Origin: Paraspadella gotoi
Taxonomy: Eukaryota > Animalia > Chaetognatha
Length of the DNA stretch: 64,000 nt
Direction: 5' to 3'
Assembly: GCA_051294375.1 (NCBI GenBank)
Contig: JBJCIZ010000239.1
Coordinates: forward strand, 3,592,461 to 3,656,460
Position numbers and translations under genes: made by a program
In this document: positions 52,836-64,000 of the stretch, one piece after another
Numbering within the stretch: position 1 is the first letter of the stretch
Layout: every line of letters starts with the position of its first letter
The notes under the pieces: model-generated
What the model saw: the letters and a program-made list of their open reading frames with translations, nothing else
Database searches by the model: none
Told to the model about the DNA's origin: nothing

Positions 52836-53163
52836 AAACATGATCGGTCCATCTAATGCGTTGCGCCGCAGTAACTTTCTTAGCCCGTGTATTTAGTGAC
52901 TATTTATAACATGCACTGCATCGGAATTCGTCTTTTATTCTTTATAGTTTGAGGATTTCCTGAAGGCAGCGCTTGCAGTCACTTAAATTTGAGATTTTTT
53001 CCTGTCTTAATAAATGAGCAACTAACTTCAGCAAGTTATGAGCATTCTTAACTTAAGTGGAACAGACCGATGGACAGACATACCGACCGACCGACCGACC
53101 GACCGACGGACCGAAAAGTGACTCATAGAGTTGCTCCGCGAGTACTCGCGGCGCAACTAAAAA
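52836..53163 (+). mobile_element. intact short Helentron-like (HINE) element
   Basis: 5' subterminal gttgcgccgc (52860-52869) is the reverse complement of the hairpin 3' arm. Has a (ccga)n tract and the hairpin agttgctccgcgagtactcgcggcgcaact (53129-53158) followed by AAAAA. Confidence 0.75.
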
Positions 53164-53184
53164 TGAAGGCTTGAACTGGTTATG

Positions 53185-53665
53185 ATTGGAAAAGTGGTCT
53201 GGACCCAATTTATGTTTGGCTGAAATGGATAGACCAAAATATTTTCATTGGCTTGAAAAGGGCCGGAAGCAAGTTTGCCGATTGGCCGGAAATAAAGATA
53301 CAAACGCCTTTCCGATTGGTCAAAAATGTGACCGAATGAGAGTAGTCGATTAAGATCGGTAGCTTCTAATTGGCCTAAAATTTAGACTAGCGCAAATGCC
53401 TGATTGGCTGAAAACGAAAGCGGACATCGAAAATAGGTGGAGTAAAATATTTTGGAGGTGGCTAATACTATAGTATTAGCTATATACTAATACTATAGCT
53501 ACTGGCTATAGTACTAAGACTCACTAAACGAGGCGGGGGAAGCGTTGACTTGTGTTTGCTCTTTTCGCGCGCTTCTGTTCGTTGGCTGAGCGGTCGGTTT
53601 TGAAGCTCTAAAAATGTTTGCTCTAATCGTGAGCGGGTTAGTTTTTTGTTTTTTTGGGCGGGGAT
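53185..53665. promoter_or_regulatory. periodic CCAAT(ATTGG)-box array with E2F-like, CHR-like and GC-box motifs
   Basis: ATTGG at 53185, 53247, 53281, 53315, 53369 and 53403, with TTTGG at 53215. Also tttcgcgc at ~53563, tttgaa at ~53599 and gggcgggg at ~53656. Confidence 0.4.
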
Positions 53666-54009
53666 GAGTCTCTTCGTCGTCCAAGCAGCTTGTTAACTGA
53701 AAATTTTTTTTTTTTTGAGAGAAAATCTTGGTGGCAAGCGTGCAATTCGATGATAGATTGTCCTCGCAATGGCGAAGTACATAATCAAGAATAGAGCCGA
53801 TTTTAAGTATGTAAATTTAATCACAATGTGGAAACGTCCAATTCGGTCTATATACATGTATATGTGTAGTAACAATTTGCAAAGAAGTTATCCATCATTC
53901 GGTAAATAAAATCTTGACTGCGTAAGAACGCGTGGTCGTAAAAAGTATTTTTTTTTGCGCCAACATTGCGCCAGCCCGCCCCCCCAAAAAAATATCAAAC
54001 AAGACTTTG

Positions 54010-55420
54010 TTTTTAGTATTTTTTTTATCGCTTTTTATTGAAAAAATAAAATTTAATAGTTTCCGCAATCTCTCTCTCTCTGTCTGTCTGTCTCTGTCCT
54101 GAGCGCGATTTTAAGCACTTTTTCTAAAGTAAAAAGTGTGAATTAAAAACGATTATATACAGCGGGCAGACGATATTTTCCAAAGAGATAACAACTTTTT
54201 AAAAACAAGAAAGAAAAAACGCTTTTTTCCAATGTAAAAACGAGAAATACAAAATTTTCTTAAAACACCGAAAAACGATTATTTTCAAAGGAAAAAGAAA
54301 TAAAACGTTAAACTACTTCTGCAAATAACACTCATCGCAGTTTAACAATTGGGTGGAGGACAAGTATTAACATATCTTTTTATCAAAACAAACACACATT
54401 TCCTCTCTTTATTTTTATATTGTCTCCTCTCTCTCTCTTTTCTCTTTAATTTTACTGTAGCTTTCTCTCACTCTCAATAGATAACAAACGTTAAATACAC
54501 CCAGAAAACGATCTTTTTACTTCTGTTAAAAAGCATATGAAAACTGTTAAAAATAACCAGAAACGAATTTTTTCCAATGTTTTAAACAAGAAATACAAAA
54601 CTTTTAAAAAAAAAACGGAACGACGTTTTGTTTCCAATGTAAAAAAGAGTTAAAAAACACCGATGACAACGACTTTCTACACAGAGTAAAAAAGTAAGTA
54701 AAAACGTTTAACATTACACCGGCAGACCGACATTTCAAAGTGATAACCAACTTTTTTAAAAAACAAAGAAAAACGCTTTTTCCAATTTTGTACAAAAACG
54801 ATGATAAAAAATTTTCTTAAACACCGGAAAACGATATTTTTCAAACGAAAAAAAGAAATACAACAAACCGGTTAACATTATTTCTGCAAGATAACATCAT
54901 CAGGTTGTTTTTTAAAATTGCGGCGTCGGGAGGGACAGTTCATTAATATTCTTTTATCAAAACACAAACAAATTTCCCTCTCTTTTTATTTTTATTGTCT
55001 CCTTCTCTCTCTCTTTCTCTTTAATTTTATGTAGCTTTCTCTCACTCTTCAAAAGATAAAAAACCGTTTTAAATACAGCCAGAAAACGACTTTTTCTCTC
55101 GTAAAAAGACTATTTGAAAACTTAAAACATAACAGAAAACGATTTTATTCCAACATGTTAAAAAAGAAAATAAAAAACTTATAAAACAAAAAACGGCACA
55201 ACGTTTTTTTCCAATGTAAAAAAATATAAAACAACAAAAACACGACTAAACGCACCTTTCTGAAGTACAAGTGATTACAAAACGTTTAAATACAGTCAGA
55301 TGCCAGACGATCCCCAAAATATCAATATTCCAAAGCATGACGTATTGTTTTTAGTATTTTTTTATCGCTTTTTATTGAAAAAATAGAAATTTAAATAGGT
55401 TTCGCCGCATCTCCTCTCTC
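54010..55420 (+). repeat. noisy ~590-bp tandem duplication of an A-rich segment
   Basis: 54130-54640 recurs at ~54680-55230, and tttttagtatttttttatcgctttttattgaaaaaata recurs at 54010 and 55348. Confidence 0.75.
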
Positions 55421-55747
55421 TCCTGTCGTGATATACACAATTCGTTCTTTTACATAGAGCACATACAAGAAATACTACATCGCTGTCTTTCTTCCTCTAC
55501 TCATACTCTCTCTCTCGTAAAAGACGAATCTACCAACATAAATCTCTCTCTCTCTCTCTCTCTCAAAACTCTTTGCGATTCCGGCGCCGCTTTGGATTTC
55601 GGCGTCGGCTCGCCGAGAACGGCGATACTGGGGAAAGAGGGCAGCGGGGCGAAGCGGCGGGCGGCGGCGGCGTCTGCGGACTGCGGGCGGCAGAGTCGGC
55701 GANNNNNNNNNNNNNNNNNNNNNNNNNTCTCTCTCTCTCTCTCCTCT

Positions 55748-55807
<60 letters not shown>

Positions 55808-55810
55808 AAC

Positions 55811-56221
55811 CTTTTGCGATTCCGGCGCCGCTTTGGATTTCGGCGTCGGCTCGCCGAGAACGGCGATACTGGGGAAAGAGGGCAGCGGGGCGAAGCGGCG
55901 CGGCGGCGCGCGGCGGCCTCTGCCGACTGCGGGCGGCAGAGTCGCGGCGGCGGCGCGGGCGGGCGATTGAGAAGGCTGTGAGGCGGCGAGCGGTGAGCGA
56001 GGGGAAGGGGCGCGGCGTCCGTCCTGGGAAACGGCGCCGGGGGAACAGAGGCGGCGTTGTCGAGGGTCGTTGGGCGTTGGCGCCGGTTTGGGGCGGAGCG
56101 GCGCCGGCGTGGTTGGCGACGCCTTTCGGTGGAGAAGCTGAGCAACGTCGGTGGAGCGGGGAGGAGGAGGAGGAGGAGGAGGAGGGGCGAGGCTACGGCG
56201 GGCGGATCGCGCGGGATTTCT
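55811..56221 (-). CDS. gene 2, candidate Pro/Ala-rich exon (frame obscured by errors; partial duplicates at 55570-55702 and 56850-57123)
   Basis: GC-rich block bounded by caactcaacag|AG and CAAAAG|gttttt. The duplicate copy reads KSRADPPAVASPPPPPPPP..., and the 3' part reads PSFPSIAVLGEPTPKSKAAPESQK. Confidence 0.45.
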
Positions 56222-57715
56222 CTGTTGAGTTGGGATGTGGAAGAGGTGGGGGTGTTGGAAGATATTGAATCACTAACACTTTAACAATAATATTTCAGCT
56301 TGTTGTATTGGACGCTAGTTCAGAGTACAATATAGTATTCCCTTATCTAATACTTAAGGAAGTGGTAATATACCCCTCATTGATAGGGAAGCCACGTACT
56401 CTGGAGTGAATAAACGAGACTTGAGAGAGCTTGATTGAAAAGCTTGCAGGGACTTGCTATGTGCATTTATCTTGTAAAGTGATGAACGTCTAAAAACCAC
56501 CAAAGCCTGTCCAAAGTCAGGGGGCAAGATATTTATTAAATGAATGGATAATTTTTTTATTGTTGTACAAATTTCATTCAATAAAATTATCAACTCTTTT
56601 TTTTTTCAGCGATGGTAGAATAAAAAAGTCATTGAAGAAAATATCAAACTTACACACTAACCTAAATTTTTCTCTGTTCAACAAAAATTTTTGTTTTTGG
56701 TTTATAACTTTGGCAATGCCGCTGGCTGCAGCTGTGGGCTGTTGATGGTTTTCGTTACGATTTAATATAAAAGAAAACGACGTCCCTAATCATGTTGGGT
56801 CATATTCTCTCTTCTCTCTCTCTCTCTCTTTCTCTTCTCTTCTCTCTCTCCGGCGGCGGCGGCGGCGGATTGAGAAGGCGGTGAGGCGGCGAGCGGTGAG
56901 CGAGGGGAAGGGGCGCGGCGTCCGTCCTGGGAAACGGCGCCGGGGGAACAGAGGCGGCGTTGTCGAGGGTCGTTGGGCGTGGCGCCGGTTTGGGGCGGAG
57001 CGGCGCCGGCGTGGTTGGCGACGCCTTTCGGTGGAGACTGAGCAACGTCGGTGGAGCGGGGAGGAGGAGGAGGAGGAGGAGGAGGGGGCGAGGCTACGGC
57101 GGGCGGATCCGCGCGGGATTTCTCTGTTGAGTTGGGATGTGGAAGAGGTGGGGGTGTGGAAGATATTGAATCACTAACACTTTAACAATAATATTCAGCT
57201 TGTTGTATTTGGACGCTAGTTCAGAGTACAATATAGTATTCCCTTATCTAATACTTAAGGAAGTGGTAATATACCCCTTCATTGATAGGGAAGCCAGGTA
57301 CTCTGGGAGTGAATAAACGAGACTTTGAGAGAGTCTTGATTGAAAGCTTGCAGGGACTTGCTATGTCATTTATCTTGTAAGAGTGATGAAGGTCTAAAAA
57401 ACCACCAAAGCCTGTCCAAAGTCAGGGGCAAGATATTTATTAAATGAATGGATAATTTTTTTTTATTGTTGTACAAATTTCATTCAATAAAATTATCAAC
57501 TCTTTTTTTTTTCAGCGATGGTGAATAAAAAAGTCATCGAAGAAAATATCAACTACACACTAACCTAAATTTGTTCTCTGTTCAACAAAATTTTTGTTTT
57601 TTTGGTTTATAACTTTTGGCAATGCCGCTGGCTGCAGCTGTGGGCTGTTGATGGTTTTCGTTACGATTTAATATAAAAGAAAACGACGTCCTAAATCATG
57701 TTGGGTCATATTCTC
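55965..57715 (+). repeat. ~900-bp direct tandem duplication, probable gap-fill overlap
   Basis: 55965-56810 matches 56867-57715 with small indels and lies between two N-gaps. Confidence 0.88.
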
Positions 57716-58149
57716 TCGGAGAGAGAGAGAGAGAAGAGGAAAGAGAGAGAGAGAGAGGAAANNNNNNNNNNNNNNNNNNNNNNNNNNNNNNNNNNNNNNN
57801 NNNNNNNNNNNNNNNNNNNNNNNNNNNNNNNNNNNCTTTAATTTTCCGGCTCGTAACATTCGGGCCATTGATTTTTTTTTCCCGGCCATTAAAAAAAAAA
57901 AAATAGGGAAATGACGACCATAACTTTTTAATGGAATTCGTGGGTGATTCCTTTCCCTCTCTCTCTCAAACTGTGTCCTCCCAAAGGGCGGGCGGAAAGA
58001 CCCAATTAGCGGGCGGAAGGGGAGAAGGGGTTTCGGAAATTGAGGGCGGGGGAGTTTTGACCTCTTTTTAAAAGTCGAGCCTTGTTCGGTTAAAAAAATG
58101 TAGTGAAATTGTTTCATTGAGAATGAAGCAAGAGAAACTATCTTATCTT

Positions 58150-58203
58150 TTTGTCGATCTATTGTCGTAAGTTTGTTTTCCCTGTCTGTCTCTCTCTTCT
58201 CTC

Positions 58204-58273
<70 letters not shown>

Positions 58274-58437
58274 CTCTCTATTTGTCGGTAAGGTTCGTTT
58301 CCCTTTCTGTTCTCTCTCATCTTCTCTCTATCTCTCCTTCTTCTGCTAGTCTTTGGTTTATTCTCTTCTCTCTCTCTCTTCTCTCCCTTCTCGTATTTGT
58401 CGGTAAGTTTGTTTCCCTTCTGTCTCTCTCTCTCTTT

Positions 58438-58472
<35 letters not shown>

Positions 58473-58502
58473 TTGTCGGCGTAAGTTTGTTTCCCTTTTC
58501 TG

Positions 58503-58538
<36 letters not shown>

Positions 58539-58591
58539 CTCTAATTTTTCGGAAGTTTGTTATCCCTTTCTGTCTTCTCTCTCTCTCTCTA

Positions 58592-58626
<35 letters not shown>

Positions 58627-58676
58627 CTCTCTCTTTGTCTCATCTATTTGTCGGTAAAGTTTGTTTCCCTTCTGTT

Positions 58677-58740
<64 letters not shown>
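58150..58740 (+). repeat. composite repeat: core tatttgtcggtaagtttgtttcccttt separated by (TC)n
   Basis: About seven core copies near 58160, 58279, 58345, 58394, 58470, 58545 and 58645. Confidence 0.85.
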
Positions 58741-58743
<3 letters not shown>

Positions 58744-58880
58744 TCTTCTCCTATCCTTCTTTCTTCTCTCTTCTCAAATTTCTTTTATCTTTTTCCCCTC
58801 GCCCCGCAAACAACTCGTATCCGACTCACACCCTCCCCTCCTCCCCCAGCCCCGACAACCCAAATATAACCTCACCTCCT

Positions 58881-58922
<42 letters not shown>

Positions 58923-58929
58923 ACCCCAC

Positions 58930-59025
58930 CTTTCCATCCTCGAAAGTGATTGGAGCAAACTTTGTCCCTCCATCGCGTCGTCTTCCACCGACGACGGTTG
59001 AGCAGAGGTTGGTCCCGCAAAAGTC
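58930..59025 (-). CDS. gene 2, exon resembling the C-terminal half of a THAP zinc finger (LLNRRRWKTTRWRDKVCSNHF)
   Basis: 96-nt exon with acceptor ttttctctccctccag|GA and donor GAAAG|gtgggg. One frame gives W...C-S-x-H-F, the THAP C-x2-H-F motif. All frames need checking because the region is noisy. Confidence 0.5.
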
Positions 59026-59596
59026 CTGGAGGGAGAGAAAAAATGTGCGATTTGAATTTCGATTCATTGTGATTTGGTTATTTATTGACATTGAGCCATT
59101 GATTGTGGTTCATTTTTAGTGGTTGGTTGACATCGGGTCGAAGCGATTCGACAAAAAATTTCTTTCACGTAATACTTTCTAATTTGTATTTCTGAGGGCT
59201 AAAATTAGTTAACTAAACTCTTTAACGATAAACTTAAGTTCCTTATATTAATCCCAAACCCTATCTATTAACCTTAATTTCTCACCCCTAATTTTTAATC
59301 CTAATCCATAACCACTTTATTAACCCTTTTAACCTAATCTTTAAAACTTAAAAATCAACGATGTTCTAATTTAGATGAAATGCGGAGCGTTCTGCGATAA
59401 TAAGGCCATTTTGCTTAAAAAAAAAAAAGAAAAAGAAAGGGAAAAAGTGATTTCTTTCCCCAGAGATGAAATTGGGTTCTATGGGTCTATGGATTCGCGG
59501 GGTCAGAGTCAAAGACTCAGTATCTAGATAAGAAAAATAAGAAAAAAAAAATTTGGTCCTTTTTTTTTTTCGACCCTCTCCGTCACCTGTGGGGCG

Positions 59597-59663
<67 letters not shown>

Positions 59664-59669
59664 CTCTCT

Positions 59670-62600
59670 GATGAAGTCTAAGGTTTTGCTTTGATGGAGA
59701 AATGTCCAGTTAAACATTGAAGGCGTTGATTGTAAAAGGACGTGGCCTATTTAATGAGCCAGTTAATACTAATGGGCAAGACCAGAGCGTTTGGTAAACT
59801 CAAGCAAAGTATTGACTCTCTATCAGAAAAATATGAGTGATTCTAGTTTCAATGACATAAGGTTGAAGTGAGAACGAAAATATGGGAATTAAAAATTTCA
59901 AGTTTCATATAAGTAATGAAACTTCAAATACAAGTGTGTTAGTGGCGAGCTATTGGCCTTCCCTGAAGGATTGTGGTCAAATAATCTCTAAGAAATTAAG
60001 GAATCTATTGATTTAGAAATAATTTAAAGCGGTGGCCAAAAAATAGTTCGTTGCTACCTTGTACAAATCATCCAGGCAATATCGTTCCAGAAAAATTCAT
60101 TGAACCAAATTGGGCAATCGATAGATAGATATACAGGTCTTTCGGCCAAAATTATTAATGGGCGACTTCAACTCACCTAGCATGCTGCCTTGGAAGATCG
60201 AACAACAACTAAATATGGTGAGTTACTTTGAAGTTTAATAGAAAAACATCACTTACGAGAGGTACATTTGATGATTACACTTGACATTAGTAATTACTTG
60301 GAGATGGAAACCTACTTGATTATACACTGAGTATTTCAATCTAAGAGGCGGGTACAAGCTTGTAAGGTTTGGAGATTGTCGGCCAGTGACACCTCCGTAC
60401 CCTAACAACCTTGAACATTAAACAAAATTCAAAAGTTTAAATTTTACAAAAAAATTTGACAAGGATAAATTTTGCCATCAAGTTGAAGAGAATATGATTG
60501 AATTCATTAGTAGTTGGGATATATTAGATATGATGAAAAAATAAAGAATGGACAGAACTAAATTAAGACTTGCTGAAAGTGAATGCATCGTCAATAAGAG
60601 ATGCAGATGGAATAGAAAACAATGGAATTAAGCATTAAACCATAGAAACTAATTCACAAAAAGAGACGAAAAATGGCCAAAGATAAAAAATGTAATCTTA
60701 TAAATTCTGACCAATAAAATGGAGACATGAATTTAACTTACTTGTGCCGCATTTAAAAGGTCTATCAAAATGATATTAACAATTATGAAATGAAAAAGGT
60801 CAAATAAATTGTGTAATGAAAAGAACGGCGCAAAAAGTGAAAATAATTAATGAAATAATGGGCCACAAGAAAGTTAATAGTATTGGCAGAATGCTTGCTC
60901 ATTATGAAGCTGGTAATGTTTCAGTAGCAAAAAGAAAACCTGCGAAATTTTTAGCAAACAGGATGGAAATGTTCACCGTGCTTCCCACAATAAGAAATAG
61001 TAATGAAAAGTATATTTAAGAAATCACTAGGCTAAAAAAAATGAAACCTCATGTTTTCAATTTAAAACCAAAACATAACAAATTTTTCAGACATGCGAAA
61101 ACTATGTAATCTTAAAAACATGAAAGAACTAATAGAGACTTGAGAAAAAATCGGCCCCAGGAAAAGATTGGGTAGTTCACTCCAATGTTGCTTAAAGATT
61201 CCTGCCAGATGTTGCCCTAATTGCTTCTTTGTGACATTATGCAAGAATGCCTTCGCTACATGCACTTCCCAGATGAATGGAAACACTCCAAATCCTGCGG
61301 AGCCTCTTAAAACCGGAAGATCCAAAAGATGCTTAAAAAGCTTACAGACCGATAAGCCTCATATCTGTCGTAGGAAAAATTCTGGAAAAAGGTTGTAAAA
61401 ATGAAATAATGTACAGTGCTGTTGAGGAAACAAGAGCATGAGTAATCTACAGTCAGCCTATAAAAAGGGGAGATCATCACAGGAAAAATATTCTAGGACT
61501 AATTCAGAAGATATTTCACCGATGCCTATAAAAGGAAGACACTGTACAATAGCTGTGGCGCTAGACTTTTCAGTTGCATTTAACTCTTGTGGAATTGAAG
61601 GTCTCATAGTTAAAAAATGATAAAAAAGGGTTTTCCCGACGACATCACCAGATGTTTACTTCTTATCTAAATGGAAGAAAGATGAATTGGTTTAAGATGA
61701 TCTAGTGTCTGAATCCAGGTTGCTGGAAAGGAGCATCTCAAGGCGGCATCCTAAGTCCAGAATCTCTTCATTCTCTATATGTGAAGACCTACCGGCCTTT
61801 CATGGTTAAAAACGTCAGAGGAGTGGCTAATATGCTGGATGACACACCATTTGGGCCAAGTGGTAAAAACTGCAAGGATCGCAGCAAAGAGATACAACCG
61901 GTCCTTGATAAAGTTGTAAAATGGTGCTTGAATGGCCAACTAAACACTGTCCCGGGAAAAGTCCATCACAACTCTGTTCAGTAATGCCAAAATCATTAGA
62001 TGAGAACTTTTGAATTTAATAGGAGATGACTTGGTCATTCAGGAAAATCAACACTTAAGTTACTTGGAGTAGATCTAGATGAAAAAAACTTAATTGGGGG
62101 TAACTACATCGATTCATTAATTGCAAAAGCATGGTCAAAGTACTAATGATCAAAGAAAATAGCAAAACACTTAAATGAGAGTAACCATAACATCTCAATG
62201 ACAATTTACAAAATCTCTTACAGTTTTCCTTTTCCAAACTCTAGGCATGCATGGATCAACTATGGACACAAACAAACAATGGGACCAAAGTCGATAAGCT
62301 TCACATTCAAGCAATGAATAATACTATTGAACTACCAATCCCATACTCCCAATGCCTAGTGCCTCGATGCAAGCAACCTCTACCCAAACGCTCTCTGAAA
62401 CCTTTTTGCTTTCTGCACTGAAGAGAATCCTAAACATCGCGAAAAAATGACCTTTTCGACGACATCATCAAAAGATCACGATGAGGAGAATGGTTAAAAA
62501 CTCACATTTCCCCTATGGAAACGGTTTCTCATAAACTTTGTTGTAAAAAAGTTGTATGAATGTTTCAGAAACAGCATTTAGTGTACTATTCGCCAAAAAA

Positions 62601-63020
62601 CAACGACCGGAGGTTGGATGGAAATTTCTGAAGGGACTCGACCCTGAATCAGTGGAACCTTCAGTGAGGACCCAGCACTTCGTGAATTTTTCCGTCAGGC
62701 CGTTTCAGGCCCTCCGCCCTGCAGACAGCCAACAGGCCCTCTGCTTCTGAACGTGGCAATCGGCCAGTTCTTGAGTTGAATGCGGTGAATAGGACAGTAG
62801 AAAATACAATTTTACTACATTGATGACTGTATTGTTCTGATTGCCAGAGGATTCTTAGAAAAGGACAGCAGTCCTGCCTAAGTATCTGTGTACTATAAAG
62901 ATGATCTGTGTTTTAGTATTGGGCCCTCGTCAGCATTCATTAGACAAAGAGGACCGCATTAGACGTACTCGATACTGTCGCAAGGTCAAGTGTAATCATT
63001 TCTATTTCTATTTCTATTTC
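59670..63020 (+). mobile_element. decayed non-LTR retrotransposon (APE endonuclease + reverse transcriptase), many stops and frameshifts
   Basis: Motifs occur in the expected order: QLNIEG ~59706, LMGDFNSH 60155-60178, YRPISL 61343-61360, QSAYKKGRS ~61450, VALDFSVAFN 61555-61584, QGGILSP ~61740, broken YADD ~61832, broken KYLGV ~62057, and a CCHC-like relic ~62765-62830. Ends in a (TATTTC)n tail. Confidence 0.88.
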
Positions 63021-63139
63021 TCTCTCTCTCAAGGTCACGCTGCGCGGTTTTTCGAATCACGTGACGGAGATTGAATTCAAGCGACTGAGCAACTTACCAG
63101 TTGAGATGTTCTATAAAATCTTGTTTGTATTTAAATAGA

Positions 63140-63412
63140 CTTTTACTTTAATTTTCTTACTTTAGTTTACTTTAATTTACTTACTTTAGTTTACTTTAAT
63201 TTACTTACTTTAGTTTACTTTAGTTTACTTACTGTAGTTTACTTTAATTTACTTACTTTAGTTTAATTTAGTTTACTTACTGTAGTTTACTTTAATTTAC
63301 TTACTTTAGTTTACTTTAATTTACTTACTTTAGTTTACCTTAATTTACTTACTTTAGTTTACTTTAATTCACTTACTTTAGTTTACTTTAATTTACTTTA
63401 ATTTACTTACTT
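63140..63412 (+). repeat. 24-bp minisatellite (ttactttagtttactttaatttac)n
   Basis: Directly visible tandem units. Confidence 0.92.
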
Positions 63413-64000
63413 TTTTAAAAGTCAACCAAAAAGTAAGTTCTCCGGCGTTCCACGTCGCTACTTACCCACTCACCCTAAAACTTTTATCAATGACGTTTGA
63501 TAAAAACGACCTTCACGAATTCGTGAGACCCTGAAATCCGTCACGTGTCACGAGCGGCGCCACCAGTCGCCTCAAACGTCTCGCCGTTTTACTATCGCGT
63601 TTTATCTGTGATTGGAATCGCGCTCATGTCGGTGAATGAGTGAAGTTTGATACTCGGTCGGGCCGTGAAATAATGCCCCCGTGAGTCCGGACGTAAAATT
63701 GAGTCAGTTGGAAATCTCCAATCTATCGAGGATCAGCAACTTTCTATCCCCATTCCTCATTATGTCATTATTCTATCCCCATTATTATGTCATTATTATG
63801 TCATTATTCTATCCCCATTCCTCATTATGTCACTCCCTATACGCCATTCCCAATTGGCCGTATAACCAATATTAACCATTAACCAATAAGGCCTCGATAA
63901 AACGGCGCTCAGCTTCCGTCCGGCAGATACCGATAAAAATCCGGAAAGAAGAGTCTGAAGTTAAAGCCAATAAGTCGACTTTGGAAATCCATTGAATTTC

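Noticed and set aside
58150-58740. CRISPR-like repeat-spacer pattern (also 13640-14300, 27628-27858, 31950-32216)
   Set aside because: Spacers are microsatellites or are themselves repeated, there are no cas genes, and the context is eukaryotic.

Overview
Animal-type genomic DNA from a draft assembly: AT-rich, GT-AG introns, abundant (GA)n/(GAC)n microsatellites and ten N-gaps. No prokaryotic genes, rRNA or CRISPR were found. Two spliced genes lie on the minus strand. (1) A divergent XK-related (XKR scramblase family) membrane protein has four clean, phase-compatible exons (17107-8280) and probable 3' exons in noisy sequence. (2) A fragmentary gene with a THAP-like 'W...VCSNHF' exon, a Pro-rich exon and an acidic exon runs from 59025 to 30056. 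About half the window is redundant: fold-backs at 1-8171 and 26155-43578, a third copy at 43604-51098, and tandem copies at 54-57.7 kb. The copies differ by scattered indels and abut exactly-25-N gaps, so they are most likely long-read gap-filling artefacts. They still reveal a 2.7-kb Helentron-like presence/absence polymorphism and a fold-back pivoting inside a TTAA-flanked MITE. Also present are further Helentron-type elements, MITEs, a decayed APE-RT LINE (59.7-63.0 kb), minisatellites and a periodic CCAAT-box array. I found no convincing novel multi-gene system. All coordinates were read by eye.
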